From an uncultured Acidobacteriota bacterium (GTDB taxonomy: Bacteria > Acidobacteriota > Blastocatellia > Pyrinomonadales > Pyrinomonadaceae), in the NCBI GenBank assembly GCA_902826795.1, contig CADEGD010000004.1:94155-158154 (forward strand): DNA of 64,000 nucleotides. The letters are read 5' to 3'. This document shows positions 17,340 through 27,648 of the stretch, piece after piece. Made by a program: the position numbers and the translations under genes. Each line of letters begins with the position of its first letter. Position 1 is the first letter of the stretch. Under the pieces are notes generated by a model that saw only the letters and a program-made list of their open reading frames with translations, did not search any database and was not told the origin of the DNA.

Positions 17340-19460
17340 ATGAACAGTTACGTGATCTATCTTGTGCCCGCGTTGGGCTTGGTCGGGCTGGCGGTAATGG
17401 CTTGGAAATCGGCTTGGGTGGGCAAGCAGGACGCCGGCGACGACAAGATGCGGGAGCTCTCAGGCTATATCGCCGACGGAGCGATGGCGTTCTTAAAGGC
17501 CGAGTGGAAGGTGCTGAGCATCTTTGTGCTGATAACTGCGGCTCTGCTCGCATATTCGGGCACGGTCCATGAGATCGGCGGACGCCAGATCCATTCGCAC
17601 TGGATAATCGCAGTTGCGTTCATCGTAGGAGCAGTCTTTTCAGCGACAGCTGGATACATCGGGATGAAGGTCGCGACGAAGGCCAACGTCCGTACGACGC
17701 AGGCGGCTCGGACGAGCTTGAAGCAGGCGTTAAAAGTTTCGTTCACGGGCGGTACGGTGATGGGATTGGGCGTCGCGGGGTTGGCGGTGCTGGGCCTCGG
17801 CGGGCTGTTCATTTTGTTCCTCACGATGTTTGCGGGCCTGGGAGCGAATCAGGTTCGAACCGCGATCGAGGTGCTGACCGGATTCTCGCTCGGAGCCGAA
17901 TCTATCGCCCTGTTCTCACGAGTAGGCGGCGGCATCTACACGAAAGCCGCTGACGTAGGAGCGGATCTTGTAGGTAAAGTAGAAGCGGGCATTCCCGAGG
18001 ACGACGTCCGGAATCCGGCGACCATCGCGGACAACGTGGGCGATAACGTCGGAGACGTTGCCGGCATGGGCGCGGACCTGTTCGGATCGTATGTTGCGAC
18101 CATCCTCGCGACGATGGTTCTCGGCCAGGAGATCAGGGTTACAGACAGCTTCGGCGGGCTTTCGCCTATCCTTCTGCCGATGGTCATCTGCGGCCTGGGC
18201 ATTGTTTTCTCGATCATCGGCACGTTCTTCGTACGCATCAGCGACGAGAAATCCAACGTCCAAACGGCTCTCAATCTCGGCAACTGGTCTTCGATGATCC
18301 TGACGGTCGTCGCGTCGTACTTTGTTGTCCAGTGGCTGCTGCCCGAAGGGACGCTGACGCTCCGTGGAGTTCCGTTCACGAAAAATGGCGTGTTTATGGC
18401 GATCGTAGTGGGAACGATAGTCGGGGCAATTATGTCCGCGGCCACCGAATACTACACCGCCATGGGCAAGAAACCCGTCAATTCGATCATCCAGCAATCC
18501 ATCACCGGCCACGCCACCAACATCATCGGCGGCCTCTCAGTCGGCATGAAATCAACGGTCATCCCGATCCTAACGCTGGCTGCAGGTATCGTTGCCTCAT
18601 ACTACTTTGCGGGGCTATACGGGGTGGCAGTGGCGGCAGCGGGAATGATGGCAACGACGGCAATGCAGTTAGCAATTGATGCCTTTGGCCCCATCGCCGA
18701 CAATGCCGGTGGCATCGCCGAGATGTCCCAACTGCCCCCGGAAGTCCGCGAACGCACCGACAACCTCGACGCCGTCGGCAACACCACCGCCGCAACCGGA
18801 AAAGGTTTCGCCATCGCGTCGGCAGCCCTAACATCCCTAGCGCTGTTCGCAGCCTTTGTAGGAATGGCAGGAATCGATCGGATCGATATCTACAAGGCGA
18901 ACGTGCTTGCGGGCTTGTTTGTGGGCGGGATGATCCCGTTTATCTTTTCGGCCCTGTGTATCCAGGCGGTAGGTAAAGCTGCGATGGATATGGTGCAGGA
19001 AGTGCGCCGTCAGTTTCGCGACATTCCTGGAATTATGGAATATCAGGCAAAGCCGGAATACGATAAATGCGTCGCCATTTCGACCCAAGCGTCGATCCGG
19101 GAAATGATGCTGCCGGGGGCGATCGCTTTGATCACGCCGGTCATCGTTGGTTTTGCTTTTGGGCCTGAAGTTCTGGGCGGCTTGCTTGCGGGTGTTACGG
19201 TGTCGGGCGTACTGATGGGAATCTTCCAAAACAATGCCGGCGGTGCTTGGGACAACGCTAAGAAGTCGTTCGAGAAAGGCGTCGATATCAACGGCGAGAT
19301 GTACTATAAGAAGTCCGAACCGCACAAGGCTTCGGTTACGGGCGATACCGTCGGTGATCCCTTCAAAGATACTTCGGGACCGTCGATGAACATACTTATC
19401 AAGCTAATGTCTATCGTAAGCTTGGTCATCGCTCCTTATATTTACGGGATCGGCGGTTAG
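17340..19460 (+). CDS. hppA: membrane-integral pyrophosphatase, K+-dependent type
   Basis: 706 aa and polytopic. Motifs [29 protein letters not shown] and [14 protein letters not shown] are present. [10 protein letters not shown] carries Ala at the K+-dependence position. Confidence 0.95.
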   Translation: MNSYVIYLVPALGLVGLAVMAWKSAWVGKQDAGDDKMRELSGYIADGAMAFLKAEWKVLSIFVLITAALLAYSGTVHEIGGRQIHSHWIIAVAFIVGAVFSATAGYIGMKVATKANVRTTQAARTSLKQALKVSFTGGTVMGLGVAGLAVLGLGGLFILFLTMFAGLGANQVRTAIEVLTGFSLGAESIALFSRVGGGIYTKAADVGADLVGKVEAGIPEDDVRNPATIADNVGDNVGDVAGMGADLFGSYVATILATMVLGQEIRVTDSFGGLSPILLPMVICGLGIVFSIIGTFFVRISDEKSNVQTALNLGNWSSMILTVVASYFVVQWLLPEGTLTLRGVPFTKNGVFMAIVVGTIVGAIMSAATEYYTAMGKKPVNSIIQQSITGHATNIIGGLSVGMKSTVIPILTLAAGIVASYYFAGLYGVAVAAAGMMATTAMQLAIDAFGPIADNAGGIAEMSQLPPEVRERTDNLDAVGNTTAATGKGFAIASAALTSLALFAAFVGMAGIDRIDIYKANVLAGLFVGGMIPFIFSALCIQAVGKAAMDMVQEVRRQFRDIPGIMEYQAKPEYDKCVAISTQASIREMMLPGAIALITPVIVGFAFGPEVLGGLLAGVTVSGVLMGIFQNNAGGAWDNAKKSFEKGVDINGEMYYKKSEPHKASVTGDTVGDPFKDTSGPSMNILIKLMSIVSLVIAPYIYGIGG

Positions 19461-19482
19461 GTCTTAGGTTTAGATCGACTTA

Positions 19483-19517
19483 GGGCTGCGAAGATGAATT
19501 CCTCGCGGCCCTTTTAT
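19483..19517 (+). terminator. intrinsic terminator of hppA
   Basis: GGGCTGCGA (19483-19491) pairs with TCGCGGCCC (19503-19511), with one G-U pair. Followed by TTTTAT. Confidence 0.6.
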
Positions 19518-20590
19518 ATTCGACCGGTTAGTTTTTCGATCACCAAAATTACACCGTACGTTAGTGCAGCGATCAAAGCGGCCATCGGGATAGTCAGGAC
19601 CCAAGCCCAAACGATTCGACCGGCAACGCCCCACTTGACAGCCGAGAACCGCTTCGCCGATCCGACACCGACGATCGACCCGGTGATCGTGTGAGTTGTC
19701 GAGACGGGAATACCCGCTGCGGTCGCACCAAAAAGGGTGATCGCCCCAGCCGTTTCAGCACAAAATCCGCCGACCGGCTGAAGCTTGACGATCTTCGTAC
19801 CCATCGTTTTTACGATCCGCCAACCGCCGGAAAGCGTTCCTAATCCAATGGCCGCATGGGCCGAAAGAACTACCCACAAAGGGACATCCGGGAGTTTACC
19901 GCCCGCTTCCATCTGCAGATATCCGCCTGCGACTAAGGCGATCGTGATCACTCCCATGGTCTTTTGAGCGTCGTTTCCACCGTGGCCAAGCGAATAAGCT
20001 CCGGCTGAAAAGAGCTGGCCGATGCGGAATGCTCTATCGACCTTGTTGACCGACACCTTATGGAAGATCCAATAAACGGCGACCATCAAAGTAAAACCCA
20101 GAGTCATACCGATCAAAGGCGATAGAACGATAAATGTTAGCGTTTTGATCCAGCCCGCGGCCTTCAGAACTAACAGCGGGTTGTCGAAACCCGATTGATA
20201 TATGAATGCAGTCATCGCCGCTCCGGCATAAGCGCCGACAAGCGCGTGTGAGCTTGAGGTAGGTAAGCCGAGATACCAGGTGATCAGGTTCCAGATCGTA
20301 GCGCCGAGAACGCCGGCCAAGAGAACGAAGAGTTGATCGCCACCCTGGATCTTTGTTATGTCGACCATGTCACCGCCGATCGTTTTTGCTACGGCAGTGC
20401 CAAAGACGAGAAATGCGATGAAGTTGAAGAATGCGGCCCAAGCCACGGCGACGCCGGGCGACAAAACACGAGTCGCTACAACGGTGGCGATCGAGTTAGC
20501 GGCGTCGTGAAAGCCGTTGACGTAGTCGAAAATAAGCGCGACTACGATGATCAGAACGACCAAGCTGAAGGCTGCAGATTGTCCATCCAT
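19514..20590 (-). CDS. inorganic phosphate transporter, PiT family
   Basis: 358 aa and polytopic. PiT signatures GFHDAANSIAT and GHGGNDAQKTMG are present. Confidence 0.9.
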   Translation of the reverse strand: MDGQSAAFSLVVLIIVVALIFDYVNGFHDAANSIATVVATRVLSPGVAVAWAAFFNFIAFLVFGTAVAKTIGGDMVDITKIQGGDQLFVLLAGVLGATIWNLITWYLGLPTSSSHALVGAYAGAAMTAFIYQSGFDNPLLVLKAAGWIKTLTFIVLSPLIGMTLGFTLMVAVYWIFHKVSVNKVDRAFRIGQLFSAGAYSLGHGGNDAQKTMGVITIALVAGGYLQMEAGGKLPDVPLWVVLSAHAAIGLGTLSGGWRIVKTMGTKIVKLQPVGGFCAETAGAITLFGATAAGIPVSTTHTITGSIVGVGSAKRFSAVKWGVAGRIVWAWVLTIPMAALIAALTYGVILVIEKLTGRI

Positions 20591-20598
20591 ATCGGTCG

Positions 20599-21219
20599 TT
20601 AGTTGTGCTTAAGTACAATGCTCTCGATGATGTTTGCGACGCTTTCCGCACGGTCAGTAGCGTTTTCAAGGATCTCGTAAAGCTCTTTCAGTTTGATCAC
20701 CCTGATCGGATCGCTTGCATCCTTAAAGAGTTTGCCGATGGCCTGAAAATACACGTCGTCCGCTTCGTTCTCGAGCCGATGGATCTCGACGAAGTGTTGA
20801 CTAATACCCGTCGGCTTATTGAGGATGGCCACGGCGCTCTTTATCTGGACGCCCAGATCGCGAATTATTCTCGCAAGCTGCTTGGCTTCGTCGCTGTATT
20901 CGCGAATGTCGTACATTACGATCGCCCGAGCCCCTGCGTCGATATAATCGCAAATATCATCGAGCGCGACGGCGAGCGTATATATGTCTTCGCGATCGAA
21001 TGGCGTGATGAACGACTTGTTCAGTTTGGTGGTGATCTCATGCGTAAGCGAGTCGCACGCGTGTTCAACGTCCTTTATACGCTTCGTAAATGACGTTAGA
21101 TCGGAGCCATCAGCGGCCAGCATCTCCATCAGGATAGTCGATGCCTCTTCGATCTTTCCGGCGATCTCGGTAAAAAGAGTGAAATATGCGTCTTCACGCG
21201 GCAATAAGCTGAAAGCCAT
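20599..21219 (-). CDS. DUF47 (PhoU-like) PiT accessory protein
   Basis: 206 aa, helical, located immediately upstream of pit as is usual for this family. Confidence 0.85.
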   Translation of the reverse strand: MAFSLLPREDAYFTLFTEIAGKIEEASTILMEMLAADGSDLTSFTKRIKDVEHACDSLTHEITTKLNKSFITPFDREDIYTLAVALDDICDYIDAGARAIVMYDIREYSDEAKQLARIIRDLGVQIKSAVAILNKPTGISQHFVEIHRLENEADDVYFQAIGKLFKDASDPIRVIKLKELYEILENATDRAESVANIIESIVLKHN

Positions 21220-21349
21220 GTGTTATGTGCGGTATCTCAGAAAGAATTGGAACGAAACTGCAATAGCATAATGCGGAAAGCCGCCCGATGTCCAACACGA
21301 GCGGCCCGGCATTTTACACGAATTGTGTTACGGAAAAGTTAGCAGAGCA

Positions 21350-22012
21350 TTAAATCAAGCGGCTGTGCTTAATAAACGCGGCCTCGCGAAGATAGACATT
21401 CAGTTCGCAGATATCTTTAACATAGTCGCCGATGCGTTCAAGATGTTTTGCGACGAACAACAGATGCGCGGCTCCGGTCGTTGCCGATGGATTGTCGACC
21501 ATCATCTCCAACAGTTCGTTAAAAACACGCTTGTAGCTTTTGTCTATCTCTTTATCACGTTCGATGATGTCCCGCGATAGTTGAGAATCTTCGTTGGTAA
21601 ACGCATCGAGCGCTGATCGTAGCATCTCTGTCGCCGTCTGAGCCATGATCGGGAAGTCGACGTAATTTTTAACGAGCGGCTCGATGTTGATGATCAAGGC
21701 GGCCTCGGCGATGCTTCCGGCGTGATCGGCGATGCGTTCCAAGATCGGGGTGATCTTCGCTACAGAGATCACGAATCGCAGGTCGTGTGCGGCCGGATGC
21801 TGAAGAGCCAGAATCTCGATTGACAGCCGATCGATCTCAAGCTCCATCTGGTCGATAATCTTGTCTTCTTCTAAAACCTGTTTCGCGAGAACGCTGTCGC
21901 GCTCGACCAGCGACTGCATCGCACGCTGAACCGCCGATTCGGTCGCGCCGCCGAGCAGCAAGATCTTATCCCGCAGTACATCTAATTGTTGATCTATGAT
22001 CCGATGATCCAT
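21350..22012 (-). CDS. phoU: phosphate signalling complex protein PhoU
   Basis: 220 aa with duplicated LERIADHAGSIAE / LERIGDYVKDICE motifs. Lies downstream of pstB. Confidence 0.9.
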   Translation of the reverse strand: MDHRIIDQQLDVLRDKILLLGGATESAVQRAMQSLVERDSVLAKQVLEEDKIIDQMELEIDRLSIEILALQHPAAHDLRFVISVAKITPILERIADHAGSIAEAALIINIEPLVKNYVDFPIMAQTATEMLRSALDAFTNEDSQLSRDIIERDKEIDKSYKRVFNELLEMMVDNPSATTGAAHLLFVAKHLERIGDYVKDICELNVYLREAAFIKHSRLI

Positions 22013-22068
22013 TTTTACCTATCCAATAAAGACTATAAACGCAAAGCTCCCTACGATAACAGCAAACT

Positions 22069-22827
22069 TTAACCGAATCTACCGGTTATATAATCTTCCG
22101 TCATTCTATCGTCCGGATTCTGAAACATTTTCTCGGTCTTGTTGTATTCGATGAGCTTGCCGAGCATAAAGAACGCTGTTCGGTCAGAAACGCGTGACGC
22201 CTGATGCATATTGTGGGTAACGATTACTATCGTGTAGTCGCGCTTGAGCTCGACGACAAGTTCCTCGATCTTCTGCGTGGCGATCGGGTCGAGCGCCGAC
22301 GCGGGTTCGTCCATCAAGATCACCTCAGGCTGAACCGCTAATGCCCGAGCTATACACAATCGCTGCTGCTGTCCGCCAGACAGCCCGAACGCCGAAGTAT
22401 TCAAACGGTCTTTAACCTCGTTCCACAATGCGGCGTCGTGAAGGGCCTTTTCCACTCGCTCGTTCAGATCCGTCTTGCTGGTATGAATACCGTTGATGCG
22501 AATGCCGTAGGCGACATTTTCGAATATTGACTTCGGGAAAGGATTCGATTTCTGGAAAACCATTCCGACCTTTCGTCGAAGCGCTACAACGTCCGTGCCC
22601 GGCGCGTAGATGTTCTCGCCGTCGATGATCACGTCTCCCGCAACGCGTGCGATCGGGATCGTGTCGTTCATTCGATTAAGCGTACGAAGAAAGGTTGATT
22701 TACCGCAGCCTGACGGTCCGATGAACGCGATCACCTCACGCTCGGGCACCTCAAGCGAGATGTCGTACAAAGCCTGCGCTTTTCCGTAGAAGAAATTCAG
22801 ATTTGAAACTCTGATCTTATTTTCCAT
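22069..22827 (-). CDS. pstB: phosphate ABC transporter ATP-binding protein
   Basis: 252 aa. Walker [10 protein letters not shown], signature LSGGQQQR, Walker B ILMDEP. Confidence 0.95.
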   Translation of the reverse strand: MENKIRVSNLNFFYGKAQALYDISLEVPEREVIAFIGPSGCGKSTFLRTLNRMNDTIPIARVAGDVIIDGENIYAPGTDVVALRRKVGMVFQKSNPFPKSIFENVAYGIRINGIHTSKTDLNERVEKALHDAALWNEVKDRLNTSAFGLSGGQQQRLCIARALAVQPEVILMDEPASALDPIATQKIEELVVELKRDYTIVIVTHNMHQASRVSDRTAFFMLGKLIEYNKTEKMFQNPDDRMTEDYITGRFG

Positions 22828-22846
22828 CGATCCATTTAACGAGCGG

Positions 22847-23692
22847 CTAGTATCTCCGCTTCGTCACGGTTCTCACCAAAACATTAATAATTAAGATAGT
22901 GCCGACCAGAATAAGCGTCGCGGCCCAAGCCATTGCGTGCTCAACCTCGAAAGGCCCGGTCGCGTAATTGAATATCTGCACGGTCAGCGACGACATCGGC
23001 TGGTCGAGATAGTAATTGTAAAATCTACTGTTCAGCGCCGTGAACAGCAGCGGAGCCGTTTCGCCGGTAACGCGGGCGATGGCAAGCATTGCCCCAGTTG
23101 CTATCCCCGACGCAGCGGCCGGCAGCACAATATTCCACGAAACGCGCCATTGCGGAGCTCCGAGAGCCAAAGCCCCTTCGCGCATCGAACTCGGCACGAG
23201 CTTGATCATTTCCTCGGTGGTACGTGCGACGATCGGTATCATTATGACCGCCAGTGCTAATCCGCCCGCTAGTCCAGACTGTCTGCCCATCGGCAATACC
23301 ACCAGCGTGTAGATAAAGATGCCGATGATGATCGAAGGGATCCCGATAAGCGTATCCGCGACGAACCGGATCGTGTTTCCGTACCAGTTCCTTCCGTATT
23401 CGGCCAGGTAAACGCCCGCAGCGATACCGACAGGAAGTCCGATCACGGCGGCAAGCAGCGTCATCATCGCCGAACCTAGTATTGAGTTGCCGATCCCACC
23501 GCCCTCTCCCACTGGTTTCGGCGTATCGGTCAAAAACTGGAAATTGATCGACGAAAAGCCGCGTATCGCAATGTAGCCGATAATGAGAAGCAGAAGCCCG
23601 GTGACGAACGCAGCACAGATCGCCGTAAGGCTCGTCATTAAAGTATTGACGAGCCGCCGTGTTCGATCTTTTGGAGTTGCGGTTATTGCCAT
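22847..23692 (-). CDS. pstA: phosphate ABC transporter permease PstA
   Basis: 281 aa polytopic permease. Identified by its position in the pst operon. Confidence 0.9.
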   Translation of the reverse strand: MAITATPKDRTRRLVNTLMTSLTAICAAFVTGLLLLIIGYIAIRGFSSINFQFLTDTPKPVGEGGGIGNSILGSAMMTLLAAVIGLPVGIAAGVYLAEYGRNWYGNTIRFVADTLIGIPSIIIGIFIYTLVVLPMGRQSGLAGGLALAVIMIPIVARTTEEMIKLVPSSMREGALALGAPQWRVSWNIVLPAAASGIATGAMLAIARVTGETAPLLFTALNSRFYNYYLDQPMSSLTVQIFNYATGPFEVEHAMAWAATLILVGTILIINVLVRTVTKRRY

Positions 23693-23695
23693 TGC

Positions 23696-24619
23696 CTAAG
23701 CCGCTTTCCCGTTTCGGCTTGCCACTCCCATCACAAGAATTTTTGCGAACGCATTAACAACGAATGTTACGAGGAAAAGCACCAGACCGATCTCGATAAG
23801 TGCGCTCAGATAAGTTCTGTCGGTAGCCTCGGCAAAGTTTGCCGCAAGCAGAGATGCGATGGTATTGGCCGGTTCGAATAGTGAAGCCGAGATCTGCGGT
23901 GAGTTGCCGATCACCATCGTGACTGCCATCGTTTCTCCGATCGCCCGACCGAGGCCGAGCACGACAGCACCCGCGATTCCAGATGCCGCGTTGCCGAGCA
24001 CGATCGTTGTCGTTTCCCACTTGGTCGCACCGAGTGCAAGAGCCGCTTCACGCTGCGTCGTCGGCACGGCTTCAAGAACGTCGCGAACGACAGCCGTGAT
24101 GATCGGAGTGATCATCAGGGCGAGGATGATCCCGCCCGTAAGCATACCGATACCCGTGACGCGTCCCTGAAATAAGGGAATGAATCCGAGATAACCTTGA
24201 AGCACCGGCCCAAGATACTCGCGAATAAACGGCGCCAGTACAAAGATTCCCCATAGGCCATAAACCACTGATGGGATCGCCGCGAGCAGTTCGACCATGA
24301 ACGCGATCGGCTTGGCTATGCCTTTCGGCGCCTGCTCAACCAGAAAAATGGCAATGCCAAGCGAGATCGGGACGGAGATTATCAGTGCCAGAACAGACGA
24401 TACTAGCGTGCCGTAAATGAACGGTAATGCACCAAACTCCTCCTGAGCAGGTTTCCACTCGCTGCCGAAGAGAAAGCCGATTCCGAAGCGTCCGATCGTC
24501 GGCATCGCGTTCTGCACCATCATCACGAAGATGCCCGCGACGATCAGCAGTATGCTGGTCGCCGCGAGTAGCAGAACGGCTCGAAATATTTTGTCGCCCA
24601 GGGCGCCGGTCTGTGCCAA
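23696..24619 (-). CDS. pstC: phosphate ABC transporter permease PstC
   Basis: 307 aa with a TTG start, 1 nt after the pstS stop. Polytopic permease. Confidence 0.9.
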   Translation of the reverse strand: MAQTGALGDKIFRAVLLLAATSILLIVAGIFVMMVQNAMPTIGRFGIGFLFGSEWKPAQEEFGALPFIYGTLVSSVLALIISVPISLGIAIFLVEQAPKGIAKPIAFMVELLAAIPSVVYGLWGIFVLAPFIREYLGPVLQGYLGFIPLFQGRVTGIGMLTGGIILALMITPIITAVVRDVLEAVPTTQREAALALGATKWETTTIVLGNAASGIAGAVVLGLGRAIGETMAVTMVIGNSPQISASLFEPANTIASLLAANFAEATDRTYLSALIEIGLVLFLVTFVVNAFAKILVMGVASRNGKAA

Positions 24620-24620
24620 C

Positions 24621-25727
24621 TTATTGCCTCAGTGCTTTGCCGCCGGCGGTCATCGAGTTGATCTTCGACTCAACCTTCTTTACTACCTCGGCCGGAAGAG
24701 GTGCGTAATGCAGGTCTTTGGCAAACTTTTCGCCTTCGTGAGTTGCCCACCACAAGAAATCGACGATCGCTTTACCTTTGGCAGCATCAGCCTGCTCTTT
24801 GTAGACAAGAATGTACGTATAGCTTGCGATCGGATACGCCGCGGCTCCGTCAGCGTCGGTTATCTGCGTACGAAGGTCGTCGGGCATGGACGCAACTGAG
24901 CCCGCGGCTGCGGCAGCGACGCTTTCAAGGGATGCTTCAACAAACTGCCCTGCTTTGTTTTTTACCAAAGCTGTCGGAAGCGAGTTTGCCTTCGCGAATG
25001 TAAGCTCGACGTAGCCGATAGCATTCGGGGTCTGCTTCACCTGGCCCATCACGCCATCGTTACCTTTTGCGCCAACTCCGACGCCGGTTATCCAACTCGG
25101 CTGCTTGTTCATTCCGACCTTTGTTTTCCAGTCCGGCGATGTCTTAGACAGAAAGTCAGTGAACACCGCCGAAGTGCCGCTGGAATCAGCCCGATAAACC
25201 GGAAGAATATCAGCATCAGGTAGTGTTAGGTTCGGGTTATCTTTCTTCAATCTTTCGTCGTTCCACTTTTTGATATTGCCGAGATAGATGTCCGAGATCG
25301 TTTGACCGGTGAGCTTGAGCGGTTCTTTCACACCTTCTAAATTGTAGGTAAGCACGACGGCGCCGAGGACGGTTGGAATATGCAGTACCTCGCCGCCCGC
25401 CGACTTCAAATCTTCGTCGCTCATCGGATCGTCAGACGCGCCAAAGTCGGCGGTTTTGGCTAGCAAGGCCTTCTGCCCGGCTCCGGATCCCGTCGCCTGA
25501 TAGTCAATACGAATGTTCGGATTTGCCTTACCGAATTCGCTGACCCATTTCTCATAAATAGGCTTAGGAAAGCTTGCTCCCGAACCCTGCAGTTGCAGCG
25601 ATCCGCCGGGAGCAGTAGTTCCCGGGCCTTCGCCCAGCTTCTGCCCGCTGCAGCCGAAAGAAAGGATCACCGAAGCGATCAAAAACAAAGCTATTAAATT
25701 CTGACTTCTAAACATTGTCCCATTCAT
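24621..25727 (-). CDS. pstS: phosphate-binding lipoprotein PstS
   Basis: 368 aa with lipobox LSFGC and GSGASFP plus TGSGAG blocks. First gene of the operon. Confidence 0.9.
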   Translation of the reverse strand: MNGTMFRSQNLIALFLIASVILSFGCSGQKLGEGPGTTAPGGSLQLQGSGASFPKPIYEKWVSEFGKANPNIRIDYQATGSGAGQKALLAKTADFGASDDPMSDEDLKSAGGEVLHIPTVLGAVVLTYNLEGVKEPLKLTGQTISDIYLGNIKKWNDERLKKDNPNLTLPDADILPVYRADSSGTSAVFTDFLSKTSPDWKTKVGMNKQPSWITGVGVGAKGNDGVMGQVKQTPNAIGYVELTFAKANSLPTALVKNKAGQFVEASLESVAAAAAGSVASMPDDLRTQITDADGAAAYPIASYTYILVYKEQADAAKGKAIVDFLWWATHEGEKFAKDLHYAPLPAEVVKKVESKINSMTAGGKALRQ

Positions 25728-25837
25728 TAAGTTATCTCCGATAAAGGCTTTCGAAGCCTGATTATAGGGAATCCCAGCCTTGAAAAAGTTAAATTACAAT
25801 TAAATTAGCGCTCACCTGAAATCGGCTCGGCCAAGAT

Positions 25838-25876
25838 TTAACATCCCGTTAACACCGAAGTAACACGCGAGTAATA
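25838..25876. promoter_or_regulatory. Pho-box-like array: four direct repeats at exact 11-bp period
   Basis: TTAACA at 25838 and 25849, GTAACA at 25860, GTAATA at 25871. Lies 110-150 bp upstream of the pstS ATG, in the divergent region. Confidence 0.45.
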
Positions 25877-25908
25877 GGATTTTCGGTTCAACTGCCAATT
25901 ATCCTCAT

Positions 25909-26097
25909 ATGGACCTTGTAAATGATCTAAGCAGCGACGTTGCGATGGCAGTTTTTGTCGAGGGCCGACTTCGTCAAAAGCTGGAAGCACGAGATGCGAA
26001 ATCGTTTATTGCTCTCCTCGAAGCGGAGTTGACACGTATCTCCGGTGAAAACACTCAACCGGAACCCTCGACGCTGCCCGCAGCTGTATCGCACTGA
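25909..26097 (+). CDS. small hypothetical protein (62 aa), possibly leaderless
   Basis: ORF with no SD. AATTAT at 25897-25902 sits about 7 nt before the ATG. Downstream of the Pho-box-like array in sense orientation. Confidence 0.25.
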   Translation: MDLVNDLSSDVAMAVFVEGRLRQKLEARDAKSFIALLEAELTRISGENTQPEPSTLPAAVSH

Positions 26098-26241
26098 CTG
26101 GCCTAGAGTTATTCCTGCCATATCTGACCGTTCCGCAAATCAGCAAATGGTGTTATTCTAAGGCTCCCATAACTGGTCTCAGTTTTGCTGTACATCTTGC
26201 AAAGCGAGGTGAAATTCGCCTCGACATCTAGGAGGGTTGTA

Positions 26242-27648
26242 ATGAATCAATACGCTATCCGCAGACGGCTCACAGTTGCTTTTACCCTGTGGGCGATTCT
26301 TCTGCTTCCGCTCTCGGCGATCGCTCAAACGAACGTCAAGATGCCAAAGAACAAGTATAAGATCCAGGACGACGTAAAAATCGGGGCAGACGCTTCGCGC
26401 CAAGTTGAACAGCAGTTTCCGATCTTGAACGACAGACAGACTCAAGCTTACGTAGAGAGGGTCGGCGAACGTCTCGTTGACGCGATTCCGGCCGAGTTTC
26501 GCCAGCCCGCTTTCGACTATCGATTTCAGGTAGTGAATGCTCGGGATATTAACGCGTTCGCATTGCCCGGCGGGCCAATGTATGTCAACCGCGGCATGAT
26601 AGAGGCGGCAAAGAACGAAGGTGAGATGGCGGGCGTGATGGCCCATGAGATCAGTCACGTTGCCCTTCGCCACGCGACCGCTCAGCAAACAAAACTTAAC
26701 AGTCCGTTGAACCAGATCCTCGGTATCGGAGCGGTGCTGGGCGGAGCGATCCTCGGCGGCGGCACGGGAGCCCAGATCGGCCAGATGATCGCGGCGGGTA
26801 GCTTTTTGCGTTACAGCCGAGACTATGAGACCCAGGCGGATATTCTCGGAGCACGGATAATGGCCGATGCGGGATACGATCCTCGAGACCTTGCAAACAT
26901 GTTTCGCACGATCGCCGGCGAAGGCGGTGGACGCGGCCCCGAATGGCTTAGCAGTCACCCTGACCCGGGTAACCGTTTCCAAAAGATCAACCAAGAAGCT
27001 CAGTATCTCAATGTTTCGCCGAACCCGATCAAGGTCACGCAGGAATTCTCGCGAACCCAAGAGCGGCTTCGTGCATTGCCGCGGGCAAGATCGATGGCCG
27101 AGATCGAGAAGGACGTTAAGTCAGGCAGCACTACTAGCAATCCCACCGCTAACGGACGCTATACGAACAACGTTCCCTATCCTTCGACGAGATATCGCAG
27201 CTATCAGAGCGGAAACTGGATAAGAATGAATGTTCCGAGCAACTGGGAAGAGTTTTCAGGACAAAGCGATGTCACATTCGCTCCGCAAGGCGCCTACGGC
27301 AATCAGGGCATCACTCACGGAGCAATGGTCGGTATCTATCGCGCCCGGGGCGGATCGCTCGACCAAGCTACGCAGGATTATGTAGATGGATTAGTGCAGG
27401 CGAATCCCTATCTAAGGCAGCAGGGCGGTTTTTCACGAGCAACAGTTGCGGGGCGACAGTCTTACGCGACTACGCTTGCGGGCCGTTCGCCGGTAACAAA
27501 TCGAAACGAGACCGTTACCCTCTACACCGTCCCGATGAGTAGCGGCGACCTTCTTTACATCGCGGCTGTCGCACCGTCGGATGAAGCTTCCCGTTATAAT
27601 TCGGCCTTCCGGTCGATGATAGGTTCGGTTCGTTTGAACGACCAGTAA
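26242..27648 (+). CDS. M48 family zinc metallopeptidase (secreted)
   Basis: 468 aa from ATG 26242, with AGGAGG 6 nt upstream. Signal peptide, HEISHV zinc motif, and downstream GYDP. Confidence 0.85.
   Translation: MNQYAIRRRLTVAFTLWAILLLPLSAIAQTNVKMPKNKYKIQDDVKIGADASRQVEQQFPILNDRQTQAYVERVGERLVDAIPAEFRQPAFDYRFQVVNARDINAFALPGGPMYVNRGMIEAAKNEGEMAGVMAHEISHVALRHATAQQTKLNSPLNQILGIGAVLGGAILGGGTGAQIGQMIAAGSFLRYSRDYETQADILGARIMADAGYDPRDLANMFRTIAGEGGGRGPEWLSSHPDPGNRFQKINQEAQYLNVSPNPIKVTQEFSRTQERLRALPRARSMAEIEKDVKSGSTTSNPTANGRYTNNVPYPSTRYRSYQSGNWIRMNVPSNWEEFSGQSDVTFAPQGAYGNQGITHGAMVGIYRARGGSLDQATQDYVDGLVQANPYLRQQGGFSRATVAGRQSYATTLAGRSPVTNRNETVTLYTVPMSSGDLLYIAAVAPSDEASRYNSAFRSMIGSVRLNDQ

Noticed and set aside
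17845-17870. tRNA-like GGTTCGAAC string and a general search for tRNA, rRNA, tmRNA and RNase P
   Set aside because: The string lies inside the hppA reading frame with no cloverleaf context. No T-loop/acceptor combinations or rRNA-like stretches were seen anywhere in the window.
17465-19325. Multiple 80-200-aa ORFs inside and antisense to hppA
   Set aside because: hppA is a continuous, motif-complete 706-aa frame. The others are overlapping shadow ORFs.
21220-21349. Second Pho box upstream of the DUF47-pit pair (GTAACAC / TGTTAC words)
   Set aside because: There are only isolated hexamers with no 11-bp periodic array. Their orientation is inconsistent with the pstS array.
26179-27060. 293-aa ORF antisense to the M48 peptidase gene
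   Set aside because: The sense strand has a signal peptide, the HEISH zinc motif and a strong SD. The antisense product has no features.
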